From assembly GCA_963727445.1 (NCBI GenBank), contig CAVSGI010000004.1:32001-96000 (forward strand): a DNA stretch of 64,000 nucleotides, written 5' to 3'. This stretch comes from an uncultured delta proteobacterium. Lineage in GTDB: Bacteria > Myxococcota_A > Polyangia > Polyangiales > B10-G4. Shown here one piece after another: positions 1 through 10,691 of the stretch (within the stretch, counting starts at the first letter, position 1; each line of letters opens with the position of its first letter). Made by a program: the position numbers and the translations under genes. The notes below the pieces were generated by a model, which saw only the letters and a program-made list of their open reading frames with translations, was not told where the DNA came from and made no database searches.

Positions 1-452
1 ATGCGCTCCTTCGCGCGCGACTTCTCTTCGTCGCGGCGCGCGCCACCGAAGGCGCAGTCGAACTGGTACTTCTCGAGCGCCTGGAGCAGGCCCTCGGTCT
101 TCATCACCGTCGTGTACTTGTTCGAGCCGTAGTCGAAGGGATTGACGTTCGCTTCGACACCCTCCTGGTTGATGTGCTCGATCAGCTCGATCCCGTGCTT
201 CGCTGCGTAGCGATTGCGGAACTCGATCATCTCCCGGAACTTCCACGTGGTGTTCACGTGCATCAGGGGGAAGGGGATGGGCGCCGGGTGGAACGCCTTC
301 TGGGCGAGGTGCGCCATCACCGACGAGTCCTTGCCGATGCTGTAGAGCATCACCGGACGGTCGAACTCGGCCGACGCCTCGCGGATGATGTGGATGCTCT
401 CCGCTTCGAGCTGGCGCAGGTGGGTGAGGGCCTTTTCGTGGAGGACGGTCAT
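1..452 (-). CDS. cysD: Sulfate adenylyltransferase subunit 2 (N-terminal part; runs off the window start)
   Basis: Manual translation of the minus strand from ATG at 452 gives [25 protein letters not shown]...[12 protein letters not shown]...[17 protein letters not shown], the CysD/PAPS-reductase family motifs. It is absent from the ORF track because it is truncated. Confidence 0.95.
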   Translation of the reverse strand, partial: MTVLHEKALTHLRQLEAESIHIIREASAEFDRPVMLYSIGKDSSVMAHLAQKAFHPAPIPFPLMHVNTTWKFREMIEFRNRYAAKHGIELIEHINQEGVEANVNPFDYGSNKYTTVMKTEGLLQALEKYQFDCAFGGARRDEEKSRAKER

Positions 453-664
453 GTTGGGCCAGTGGCTGGGGTCGATTCGCTTAGCACGGTTGCCCCCCGC
501 TGGGGGTCATTCATCCGCCATGTCGTAGAGCCCCGCACATCTGCTGCAAAGTGCCCGGGTCCACTGCCGGATGCGAGCTAAATTGTCCAGTTATTCCAGG
601 GAGTGTCGCGCAACTCGATCAGGATTGGCCATGGCATGGGGCTCGAACCTATGGTTCGGGCCCT

Positions 665-1600
665 GTGCCTGCACCCGCTGACGGCTCCCGCATCGACGCG
701 CTCCTCGAAGCCATCGAGCCCTACCGCAACGCGGTGGTGGTGATCGGGATCGTGGGCGTGTTGATCCTGGCCTTCCAGGTGCCGGCCGCGCGCACGCCGA
801 TCGCACACGGGCTCATGTACGGCTTCGGGGGCCTGCTCGCGCTCCTCGCGTGGACGCGGGTGCGTGACGGAAGCGGTGGGCTGTCGATCAGCTGGCTTCT
901 GGTCGCCGCGGCGGTGACCGCCGCCAGTGCCTACGCCGCCCACCGCGGCATCGATCCGGGCTCGCCACTCGACACCGCGGAGCTCCGCGCCGTCGGCGAG
1001 GTTCGAGAGCTCGACCTGCCTGACGGCGGTGCCCCGTTTCGTCTTCGCGTTCAGGGCGAGCTCGAAGGGAGCCGCCGCGAAAGCGCACGCGCTTCGTATC
1101 AGCTCTATCTGTCGCGCGGCGACGACGACCTCCGCGTGCGGGGCGAGCTGCACCGCGAGGTGCGCGAGGAGCCGAGCCGCGGCGGGCCGCCGCGGCGCTC
1201 GATCTCGATCCACCGGACCGACGATCACGACCTCGAGCTCGGCGGCTCGGGCCCGGCGTCGATCACGCCCATGGAGCTCGAAGGCTTCGGCGGTCCCCTC
1301 GAGGCGCAGGTCCTCGTGCCCTTCGGCCTCGCGCCGTGGTGGCTCGGGCTCCTGGGTGCGCTGCTTCTCGCCACCATCGCCCTCGAAGTGATGAGCGCGC
1401 GCGCGCTGTCCTGGGCGCCGATCACCGCGGTTAGCGGATTCACGATGGTCCTGGGCGAGTACGTCGCGCTTCGCTACGACCTCGACCAGCCGCTGATCAC
1501 GCTCCTCGGCGGCACCGTGTTCTCCGGCGTGGTCGGCGGCGTCGGCGGGCTGGTGCTCGGCATCGGCGCGACCTGGCTCGCGCGCCGCCTCGGCGGCTGA
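665..1600 (+). CDS. Hypothetical membrane protein
   Basis: ORF 551..1600 has hydrophobic N- and C-terminal helices around a soluble loop and GC-rich third codon positions. In-frame GTG at 665 is the likely start. Confidence 0.7.
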   Translation: MPAPADGSRIDALLEAIEPYRNAVVVIGIVGVLILAFQVPAARTPIAHGLMYGFGGLLALLAWTRVRDGSGGLSISWLLVAAAVTAASAYAAHRGIDPGSPLDTAELRAVGEVRELDLPDGGAPFRLRVQGELEGSRRESARASYQLYLSRGDDDLRVRGELHREVREEPSRGGPPRRSISIHRTDDHDLELGGSGPASITPMELEGFGGPLEAQVLVPFGLAPWWLGLLGALLLATIALEVMSARALSWAPITAVSGFTMVLGEYVALRYDLDQPLITLLGGTVFSGVVGGVGGLVLGIGATWLARRLGG

Positions 1601-1601
1601 C

Positions 1602-2936
1602 TCACTCCGCCTGGGGTGGCGTCTCGCCCGGCGGCGCCTCGCCCGGCGGCGTCTCGGGCGTGCTCGGCTCTTCGCCCACGGTCATCCCCTCCGCCTCTTC
1701 CGCGAAGCGCGCCTGCGCCTCGGTGACCATCTGGGTCATGTCGATGATCGCTTCCTGCAGGTCTTCCTGATGATGCTCGATGAAGCTCTTCTGCGCGCGG
1801 CGGAGCTGGGCGTCGAGGGGCGCGGCGATCTGGTTCACGTGACCGCGGCCGAGCTGAAGGCCCACGTCGTAGGCGATGTCGCGCAGCACCTCGGGGCTCT
1901 CGATCTCGTGCAGGTCCATCTCTTTGTAGTTGTCTGCCCAGCCGTGGATCCAGAAGGTGTGGCCCTCGATCTGCGCGTAGCCGAGGTAGGGGTAGGGGCG
2001 GTAGGCGATGCGCGCCTGGCCGACGAGCACCCGGAAGGGATCGAGGTTTTGCGTGTGTCCGATGCAGCGGATGCCGGACAGATCCCGCACCTCCTTCGCC
2101 TCGAGGATGACGTCGTCGTTGGGATCGGAGGTCGGCCCCTCGACACGCACCAGATACTTCATGTCGAGGGCGCTGCCGATGCCCAGGGGATGGGTGCCCA
2201 CCTTCTTGATCGTGAAGAAGTCGCGCGGCAGCGAACGGTGCGACTCCACCATCGCATCGATGTAGTCGCGCGCCGCGAGCTCGAAGCGGCGCCGCTCGTC
2301 GTCGTCGAGCTCGGTCATGATGTCGTCGACCCACGCCAGGAACTCCGCGCGGTCGCGGCTGAAGCCCTCGCGGATCTGGGTGGCGATCTCTGGCTCCTCC
2401 ACCTCGCGATCGGGATCGTCGAGGGCCTCGACGTAGCCGCGCAGGAACTCGTCCAGGATCGGCTGCTCGTGGGACTGCCATCCGCGCTCCTGACACACCA
2501 GGCGAAGGCTCGTTCCGAAGCGGACCAGATCGAGGAGCGCCGGGCCGGAGGAAGAATCGTCGTAGTCGGTGAGGCCGCGGCCGAAGTTGGTCACGGCGTA
2601 CTGCTCGACGTGGGCGTCGCCGTGGAGGTTGACCGAGGGCAGCCCCTCGATCTCTTCGGAGAAGCGCTGGCAGAGCGTGTCCGAGAAGGGCACGTTCACG
2701 AAGCGGAAATACCCGTGGGGCCCACCCCGGAGGCGATCGAGGAGACGTTGGTTGCCCTGGAAGTCGATGCGGCCGGGGGGAATGTAGAGGGGGTTGATCT
2801 CGGGGTCGATCACCTCCTGGCTCTCGGCCGCCGCGGCCGTCTCGGTGGTGTCGTTCGTCCCTCCGCCCCCGGCACAGTCGCCGCAGCCTGCGGACATGGC
2901 GAGGAGGGCGAAGAGGAGCGGGAGACGAACGGCCAT
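1602..2936 (-). CDS. DUF2252-family (kinase-like) protein with lipoprotein signal
   Basis: HGDAHVEQY, DYDDS..GP..LDLVRF, GIGS and LEAKE motifs resemble DUF2252. The N-terminus has a hydrophobic stretch and the lipobox MSAGC. Confidence 0.7.
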   Translation of the reverse strand: MAVRLPLLFALLAMSAGCGDCAGGGGTNDTTETAAAAESQEVIDPEINPLYIPPGRIDFQGNQRLLDRLRGGPHGYFRFVNVPFSDTLCQRFSEEIEGLPSVNLHGDAHVEQYAVTNFGRGLTDYDDSSSGPALLDLVRFGTSLRLVCQERGWQSHEQPILDEFLRGYVEALDDPDREVEEPEIATQIREGFSRDRAEFLAWVDDIMTELDDDERRRFELAARDYIDAMVESHRSLPRDFFTIKKVGTHPLGIGSALDMKYLVRVEGPTSDPNDDVILEAKEVRDLSGIRCIGHTQNLDPFRVLVGQARIAYRPYPYLGYAQIEGHTFWIHGWADNYKEMDLHEIESPEVLRDIAYDVGLQLGRGHVNQIAAPLDAQLRRAQKSFIEHHQEDLQEAIIDMTQMVTEAQARFAEEAEGMTVGEEPSTPETPPGEAPPGETPPQAE

Positions 2937-2958
2937 GTCGGTGCTGAAGGCTAGTCCA

Positions 2959-4023
2959 TCAACTGGCGGAAAGCCCGACCAATCGGCAGGCGATGGAGCT
3001 CAGATGAGCGACCGCCGCGCCGTACATCGCCGCGTCGTCGCTCGAGGCGTTGCCCTGCTGGCTGCGGGCGAAGACGCCCTGCGCGATGGCCGCCAGACGG
3101 AAGAGGCTGAAGGCCTTGAACCAGGCCCACTCGTCGTGCGGCAGCGGGCTTCGCCCGGTCGCTTCACAGTAAGCAGCGACGAAAGCCCCTTCGGTGGGGA
3201 TGCCGGTGGCTTCGAAGTCCACACCCAACAGGCCCCCGACCCGCGGCAAGGCGACGTCGTAGAGCATGCAGACGTAGGCGAGGTCCGACAGGGGATGGCC
3301 GAGGGTCGACAGCTCCCAGTCGATCACCGAGAGCACGCGCGCTTCGGACGCGTCGAAGATGAGGTTGTCGAGGCGGTAGTCGCCGTGGACCAGGGTCGTC
3401 TCGTCGTTGTCCGGAAGGTTTTCGGGAAGCCAGGCGATGAGCGCGTCCATCGGCGCCACCTCCTGGGTCTCGGAGGCGCGGTACTGCTTGGACCAACGGC
3501 TGACCTGCCGCGCGACGTAACCGCCACGCTTGCCGTAGTCGCCGAGGCCGACGGCGTCGACGTCGACGGTGTGGAGCGCCGAGAGCACGCGGATGGCTTC
3601 GGCGTAGATCGCCCGCCGCTCGTCGGGCGTCTGCTCGGGCAGCTGAACGTTCCAGAAGATGCGGCCGTTCAGGTAGTCCATCACGAAGAAGGGCGTGCCG
3701 ACGACCTCCGGGTCCTCACAGAGGGCGTAGGTGCGCGCGACAGGTACGTCGGTGTCGCGGAGCGCGGTCATGACGCGGTACTCGCGCTCGACAGCATGGG
3801 CCGAGGGCAGGAGCTTGCCGGGCGGCTTCTTGCGAAGCGCGTAGGCGTGGCCCTCGGTGCCGATCCAGTAGGTCGGATTCGACTGCCCCCCGCGGAATTT
3901 CCGCACCGCGAGCTCGGGGCCGACGAAGCCTTCGACGTGCTCTTTCATCCACGCGGCGAGCCTGTCGGCGTCGATCCGGTGGGCGTCTCTCGGCTCGCGC
4001 GTGTTTTCGGGTGCCTGCATCAC
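2959..4023 (-). CDS. Phosphotransferase family protein (APH-like; ACAD10/11 kinase-domain or LvaA-like)
   Basis: Motifs GGQSNPTY, LRKKPPGKLLPSAHAVEREY, HGDYRLDN and IDWELSTLGHPLSDLAY. Confidence 0.9.
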   Translation of the reverse strand: MMQAPENTREPRDAHRIDADRLAAWMKEHVEGFVGPELAVRKFRGGQSNPTYWIGTEGHAYALRKKPPGKLLPSAHAVEREYRVMTALRDTDVPVARTYALCEDPEVVGTPFFVMDYLNGRIFWNVQLPEQTPDERRAIYAEAIRVLSALHTVDVDAVGLGDYGKRGGYVARQVSRWSKQYRASETQEVAPMDALIAWLPENLPDNDETTLVHGDYRLDNLIFDASEARVLSVIDWELSTLGHPLSDLAYVCMLYDVALPRVGGLLGVDFEATGIPTEGAFVAAYCEATGRSPLPHDEWAWFKAFSLFRLAAIAQGVFARSQQGNASSDDAAMYGAAVAHLSSIACRLVGLSAS

Positions 4024-4781
4024 GACATGGACCAGCCACCGTCGACGGTGAGCACCGCGCCGGTCACGAAGGAGGCGTCGTCGCTGGCGAGGAAGGCGGC
4101 CGCTCCCGCCACGTCTTCGGGCGTTCCCACGCGCTTGATGGCGCAGCGGTCGAGGACCATCTTCAGGATCTCTTCGTTGCTGGTGAGCGCGTGAGCGAAG
4201 CGCGTCTCGATCAGGCCCGGACAGATGGCGTTGACGCGGATGCCGGCGCCGCCGAGCTCCATCGCCAGGGTGCGAGTCATCGAGACGACGGCCGCCTTGG
4301 TCATGCCGTAGACACCCTGCATGGGCGCGGCCATCAGGCCGAGCACGCTGCTCACGTTCACGATGGAGCCGGGAGCGCCGCGGTCCATCAAGTGCTTGGC
4401 CACCGCGCGCGCCGCCTCGAAGTAGCCCTTGGCGTTGACCTCGAAGGTCTTGTCCCAGGCGCGATCCTCGAGGTGCATCATCGGGCCGAAGTACGGATTT
4501 GTCCCGGCGTTGTTCACCAGCACGTCGACCTTGCCGAGCTCGTTCACAGCTCTGTCGATCAACGCCTCGACCTCCTCTTTCTTCCCGGTGTGGCAGGCGA
4601 TGGCGAGGCAGGTGCCGCCGGCTTCGCGGATCGAGGCCGCGACGGGATCGAGGCCTTCCTGCTTTCGGGAAGCGATCACCACCTTGGCGCCTTCAGCGGC
4701 GAAGCGGCGTGCGATGGCTTCGCCGATGCCGCGGCTGCCGCCGGTCACGATCGCGACCTTGTCATCGAGTCGAGCAGTCAT
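4020..4781 (-). CDS. SDR-family oxidoreductase
   Basis: Motifs TGGSRGIG, NNAG, YGMTK (YxxxK) and VDGG. It overlaps the phosphotransferase start by 4 nt. Confidence 0.92.
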   Translation of the reverse strand: MTARLDDKVAIVTGGSRGIGEAIARRFAAEGAKVVIASRKQEGLDPVAASIREAGGTCLAIACHTGKKEEVEALIDRAVNELGKVDVLVNNAGTNPYFGPMMHLEDRAWDKTFEVNAKGYFEAARAVAKHLMDRGAPGSIVNVSSVLGLMAAPMQGVYGMTKAAVVSMTRTLAMELGGAGIRVNAICPGLIETRFAHALTSNEEILKMVLDRCAIKRVGTPEDVAGAAAFLASDDASFVTGAVLTVDGGWSMS

Positions 4782-4835
4782 GGCCGGGGAGAGTACACTG
4801 GCCAACCCCGCTGTCGGGCTCTAGCTCTCGTCCAG

Positions 4836-6005
<1,170 letters not shown>

Positions 6006-7720
6006 TCACGGGACGAAGGTGATCGCGCCTTCGAGGGTCAGGTAGCCGCCGGTGGTGGTGACGCGGTTCGGGACGAGATCGAAGCCGTAGAGGGAGGGGA
6101 CCGCCACGGCGGCCCCACCGAGGAGGTCGGGGGCCAGCGTCGTCACGAGGTCGTCGAGGAGTGAGGAGAGCTCGGCGCCGGTGGGCGCGGTGGCGCTTCC
6201 GTCCATGACGTCGGCGCGGATGTCGGAGATCGCCGAGGGCGATGGCGATGCTGCCGCCGGCGGCGCTCGCGGAGGCCGGAGCGAAGACGCCGACCGAGAT
6301 GGTGGCGAGCTCCATCTCGCCGCCGTCGACCTGCGCGATGAAGGTGATGCGGAGGTCCGCGGCCTGAACCTCGACGCCGTCGGTCGCGCTGGGGACGACC
6401 ATGGGTGGGATGCGGGGGGAGACGTCGATGACCAGCGGTGCGTCGGCGGGCGCGCTGCCGGCGGTGAAGGGCAGGAGCAGGGCGAGAGCGCCGACGGTGA
6501 GCGGGCCGCCGCCGAAGGTGAGCCCTTCGATGCGCTGATCGAGGCCGCCGCCCGCCCAGAGCGCGGAGAAGGCCGCGTTGAGCGCGTCGAAGGCGACGGC
6601 GACCGAGACCTCGTCACCGGTGGGGGGCGCGGCGCCGTGCGGGAGCTGGAGGTAGCCGATGCTGCCGCGGGAGGGCAGGGGCATCGCCGCGCTCACGCCG
6701 AGATCGATCGCGGTGCCGATGCCGCCGGGATCGATCGTGAGGGCGCCGACGGAGACCGTGAGGTTCAGGGGCGTCTCCAGCACGTCGACGGTTTCGCCGC
6801 TGGGGATGGCGGCGATGCCGTCGGCGACGAGGGGCGGGAGCAGAGCGCGCACGGCGCCATCGAGCGCGTTCTCGGCCGCGTTCTGGATGGCGTCGCGGAC
6901 CGCGCCGAGGTTCTCGATGGCGTCGGGGAAGTTGTCGACGTCGATCACGGTGCCAGAGAGGTCGACGTTCGACGACTCGACGTTCGCCGTGAGGTGGCCG
7001 GCGTCAGCACCGAGCGCGAGCGTCGCGGAGACGCGCACGGAATCGGCGCGAAGCTCGCCGTTGGCGCTGCCGATGAGCGTGCTCGCGCGGGCGCGGACGG
7101 TGATCCCCGCGACCGCGACCGAGGCGGTGATGCGGCCGTCGCCGGGCGTGAGCGTGATGGTCACCGCGCCGTGGTCTTCGCCGCGCAGGTTCACCTCGCC
7201 CCAGAACCCGTCGGCGACCGGGTTCGCGCCGTCGAGCTGCGCGTCGAAGCTGGCCTCGGTGAGGATGGTGCCAGCGCCATCGGCGATCACGTCGAGAGCC
7301 GCGCTGCTCACGTCGGCCAGCACCGCACCCTCCACCATCGTGGTCGGGTCGGCGAAGGTGCCGTTCGCGAAGGCCGTGAAGGTCTCGCCCGTGCGGCCGC
7401 CGGCGTCCGTCGCGACGAGGCGGATGCGGTGCGAGCCGGGCTCGAAGGAGAGCGTCTGCGTGAAGCTGCCGTCGGGGGCGACGTCGATGGCGGTTCCCTC
7501 GTCGGTCGCGAGCGTCACGGGACTCTCGTCGTCGACGCGCCCGACCAGTCGCACCTCGGAGCCGGGCAGGATGGCGCCGATGGTCGGCTCCACCAGGAGG
7601 ATGACCGGGTCGGCCCCATCGTCGGGGAGCATGGTGCCGTCCCCCGTCCCGCCGCTGGTCACACCATCGAGATTGCCGGTGCAGCCAGCGGCGAGGACGG
7701 GAGAGAGCAGGAGGAGCATG
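6006..7720 (-). CDS. Lipoprotein with an Ig-like domain and a possible BPI/LBP (TULIP)-like region; frameshift ~6228
   Basis: Lipobox LAAGC and Ig-like segment (DGSFTQTLSFEPGSHRIRLVATD). The C-terminus continues in the 6006..6617 frame (DIRADVMDG...ITFVP). The fold call is by resemblance only. Confidence 0.6.
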
Positions 7721-8148
7721 CTCAGCCAGGGGAACCGCAGCACGCCTCTGTGAACAGCAAAGGCCGCGCCACCATGGTTTCCATGGCGTTTCTCGGGATC
7801 GGGGGTATTCGCACCCCGGGAATTCGGCACGAAGACGGCTCTGTAGGGGTCTGGGGTCACCAGGGGCGGGACGGTGGGCAGGCGCCGGTGAGGTCGCCCC
7901 TGGTGATGCGCGGCGTGGGGACCACCGGCTTTGGCTGATGAAGGGAAGCGGGGGCTTCGCGTCGGGGCAGAGGGTGGTGTGCCGGCGTTTGGGTGTGCGG
8001 GGACGGGGGTCGGAGCGGCGCGTTGGTTGGGCTGTGGGGGAGAGCGCCGCCCGTGGCGGATGGGCCATGGGAGAGGTCTCGGGCCGCGGCCGCTTCGCGG
8101 CCTCTGTCCGGCGGGGGCGCCGGACGCGTGACCGGCGTGATGGTGGGC

Positions 8149-8304
8149 GCGATGCGGTCACAAGTGCGGGTGTCGCCTGCAACGCCGGGAGAAGTGACCG
8201 CGACGCGGTCGCAAGTGCGGGTGTCGCGTGCAACGCCGGGAGAAGTGACCGCGACGCGGTCACAAGTGCGGATGTCGCGTGCAACGCCGGGAGAAGTGAC
8301 CGCG
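8149..8304. repeat. Three tandem 51-bp repeats with palindromic junctions
   Basis: Units start at 8149, 8200 and 8251 (consensus GCGACGCGGTCACAAGTGCGGGTGTCGCGTGCAACGCCGGGAGAAGTGACC). The junction forms GTGACCGCG-A-CGCGGTCAC. Confidence 0.9.
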
Positions 8305-8353
8305 CAGGCGTTCGCTCTACTCCCGCGCGGGGAATGAGTGTTTCGGGGCGCTA

Positions 8354-8369
8354 CTTTCCCCAGGGAAAG
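8354..8369. repeat. REP-like palindrome, orphan copy (CTTTCCCCAGGGAAAG)
   Basis: One mismatch to CTTTCCCCGGGGAAAG, which is exact at 48495 and 50006; the copy at 48783 also has one mismatch. Confidence 0.7.
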
Positions 8370-8388
8370 GTCCGCCTGCGCCGTCCGC

Positions 8389-8979
8389 TTACGTCTGCTC
8401 GCGGCCGATCAACTTGTCGAAGCTCGGCGGCTCGTGGGTCTTGAGCGTCTTGACCAATCGATGGGCGTCGTCGTCGAAAATCAACAGCGCGCGGTGCTCT
8501 TTGGCGAGGAGGCCGGCTTCGACGGCGCCGTCGAGGAAGGTGTGCAGGGGGGTGTAGTAGCCGGCGACGTCGAGGACGCCGATGGGCTTCCGGTGCATGC
8601 CGAGCTGACCCCAGGTCGAGATCTCGAAGAGCTCTTCGAAGGTGCCGAAGCCGCCGGGGAGGGCGAGGAAGGCGTCGGCGAGCTCGTACATCTGCACCTT
8701 GCGCTCGTGCATGGATCCGACGACGAAGAGCTCGGTGAGGCCACCGTGGGAGACCTCCCGGTCGGCGAGCTGCTTGGGGATGACTCCGCGGACTTCGGCG
8801 CCGGCGTCGAGGGCGGCGTCGGCGAGCGCTCCCATGAGTCCCACGCTCGCGCCGCCGTAGACGAGGCCGAAGCCCTCTTCCGCGAGCGCGCGGCCGACGG
8901 CACGCGCGGCCTCGAAGTACTGGGGCGCGGCGTTGTTGCTCGAGCCGAGGAAGACGCAGAGTTGACGACAATCGGACAT
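8389..8979 (-). CDS. LOG-family nucleotide phosphoribohydrolase (TIGR00730-type)
   Basis: Motifs CVFLGSS, LVYGGASVGLMG, MHERK and LPGGFGTFEELFE. Confidence 0.92.
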   Translation of the reverse strand: MSDCRQLCVFLGSSNNAAPQYFEAARAVGRALAEEGFGLVYGGASVGLMGALADAALDAGAEVRGVIPKQLADREVSHGGLTELFVVGSMHERKVQMYELADAFLALPGGFGTFEELFEISTWGQLGMHRKPIGVLDVAGYYTPLHTFLDGAVEAGLLAKEHRALLIFDDDAHRLVKTLKTHEPPSFDKLIGREQT

Positions 8980-9008
8980 GTTCGAGCCGTGTACCGCAGG
9001 GGACGCTG

Positions 9009-9064
9009 GATTGACCAATTGACTTTCGCGAAGACGGGGAGGGTCGAGAAGTCAATTGTCAATC
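9009..9064. promoter_or_regulatory. AT-rich inverted repeat (operator or hairpin)
   Basis: GATTGACCAATTGACTT (9009-9025) pairs with AAGTCAATTGTCAATC (9049-9064) with one bulge. It lies between two minus-strand genes. Confidence 0.45.
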
Positions 9065-9343
9065 TAGCGTCCCCTGGCGTGTCAGCCACGCGTTGAGCTC
9101 GGCCCGCAGATCTTCGGGCATGTCGCGGAGAGGACCCGAGGCACGGAAGGCCTCGTAGCTCTGCTCTTCGACGTCGTGCTCGCCCTCGCCGCCTGCGTCG
9201 GCGAAGACGTGGCTCCAGCGGAACCAACGCAGGCCCTCGTCGGTGGTGGTCACGCCCTCGTAGCGCTCGCTGTCCTCGCCGTCGTTCCAGCGAAAGGTGC
9301 GATGTGGGCTCTTCAACCAGCGTTCGAGACGACCCCGATCCAT
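9059..9343 (-). CDS. Small hypothetical protein (94 aa)
   Basis: MDRGRLERWLKSPHRTFRWNDGEDS... has protein-like composition and codon bias and fills the gap between genes. Confidence 0.65.
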   Translation of the reverse strand: MDRGRLERWLKSPHRTFRWNDGEDSERYEGVTTTDEGLRWFRWSHVFADAGGEGEHDVEEQSYEAFRASGPLRDMPEDLRAELNAWLTRQGTLD

Positions 9344-9388
9344 GAGCGGGGTATGGCCGACGCGGCGAAGGGGTGCAATAAGCCCGCC

Positions 9389-10681
9389 GTGGCGGAGGCC
9401 GGCAGGGATGAATCGAGGCGGGGACTGCTCGCAGCCCTGGGGCCGGGGGTGCTCTTCACCGGTGCCGCGGTCGGCGTCTCCCACCTGGTGCAGTCGACCC
9501 GCGCGGGCGCGGTCTTCGGCCTCGGCCTCTTCTTCGTTGTGATCGCCGCCAACGTCGTGAAGTACCCCGCCTTCCGCTTCGGCCCCCACTACGCCGCGGC
9601 CACCGGCACCTCGCTCCTCGAGGGCTATCGCCGCCAGGGGAAGTGGGCGCTGGTGCTCTACGGCCTGCTCACCATCGGCACCATGTTCACGGTGCAGGCG
9701 GCGGTGACGCTCATGACCGCGGGCCTGCTCGGCGCGCTCCTCGGCGTGCATGTCGGTCCCGTCGTCCTCTCCGCGTCGATCATGGGTGTGTGCATCGCGA
9801 TCGTCGCCGCCGGACGCTTCCGGTGGCTCGATCGCATCAGCAAGGCGCTGGTCTCGACCCTCGCGCTCAGCACCGTGGTCGCCGCCGCGGTGGCGCTGCC
9901 CAAGCTCGACCTCTCCACCACGTCCATCATCCCCGACGCCTCGGTCCTCGAGCCACGCTCGCTGATGTTCGTCGCGGCCCTGGTCGGCTGGATGCCCTCC
10001 GCCATCGACGTCGCGGTCTGGCAGTCGCTCTGGACGCTGGCCCGCGAGGACGACACCAAGCATCGACCGACCCTGCGGGAGTCGATGTTCGACTTCCACC
10101 TCGGCTACTGGGGCACCGCCTTCCTCGCCCTCTGCTTCGTCGTGCTCGGGGCTGCGCTGATCCACGGGCGTGACGTGGAGATCGCGCAGGGAGCGGGCGC
10201 CTTCGCCGCGCAGGTGGTGAGCCTCTATACCGAGGTGCTCGGCGAATGGAGCCGGCCGCTGATCGGCGTCTGCGCCTTCGCCACCATGCTGTCCACCACC
10301 CTCACCGTGGTGGACGGTTTCCCGCGGGCGCTGACCGTCCTGGTCGACCGCTTTCGTGCGGCGGAAGAGCGTGGCGAGGCGGGGGCCCTCTCGGGCCGCG
10401 ATCGCCGCATGTACTGGGCCACGCTCGCCGTCCTGGGCGCCGGCTCGCTCGCGGTGATCGCCCTTTTCGTCCGCAATCTCCTGGCGATGGTGGATGTCGC
10501 GACGACGCTTTCCTTTTTGACCGCGCCGATCCTCGCCTGGCTCAATCACCGGGCCGTGCTAGGCACCGAGGTTGTCGAAGAAGCCCGACCCACCCCTTTC
10601 TTGGTGCGGGCCAGCCAAGGGTCGATCTTGGTGCTCACTGCCTTCGCCCTGTATTACCTCGTCCTTCGTTTCGGGACCTGA
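9389..10681 (+). CDS. NRAMP-family-related divalent metal transporter
   Basis: LGPGVLFTGAAVGVSHLVQSTRAGA and GWMPSAID motifs with about 11 TM helices. The GTG start is inferred. Confidence 0.8.
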   Translation: MAEAGRDESRRGLLAALGPGVLFTGAAVGVSHLVQSTRAGAVFGLGLFFVVIAANVVKYPAFRFGPHYAAATGTSLLEGYRRQGKWALVLYGLLTIGTMFTVQAAVTLMTAGLLGALLGVHVGPVVLSASIMGVCIAIVAAGRFRWLDRISKALVSTLALSTVVAAAVALPKLDLSTTSIIPDASVLEPRSLMFVAALVGWMPSAIDVAVWQSLWTLAREDDTKHRPTLRESMFDFHLGYWGTAFLALCFVVLGAALIHGRDVEIAQGAGAFAAQVVSLYTEVLGEWSRPLIGVCAFATMLSTTLTVVDGFPRALTVLVDRFRAAEERGEAGALSGRDRRMYWATLAVLGAGSLAVIALFVRNLLAMVDVATTLSFLTAPILAWLNHRAVLGTEVVEEARPTPFLVRASQGSILVLTAFALYYLVLRFGT

Positions 10682-10691
10682 TTCCTCTTCC

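Noticed and set aside
8149..8304. Possible CRISPR array
   Set aside because: The units are contiguous near-identical 51-mers with no unique spacers, and no cas genes are in the window.
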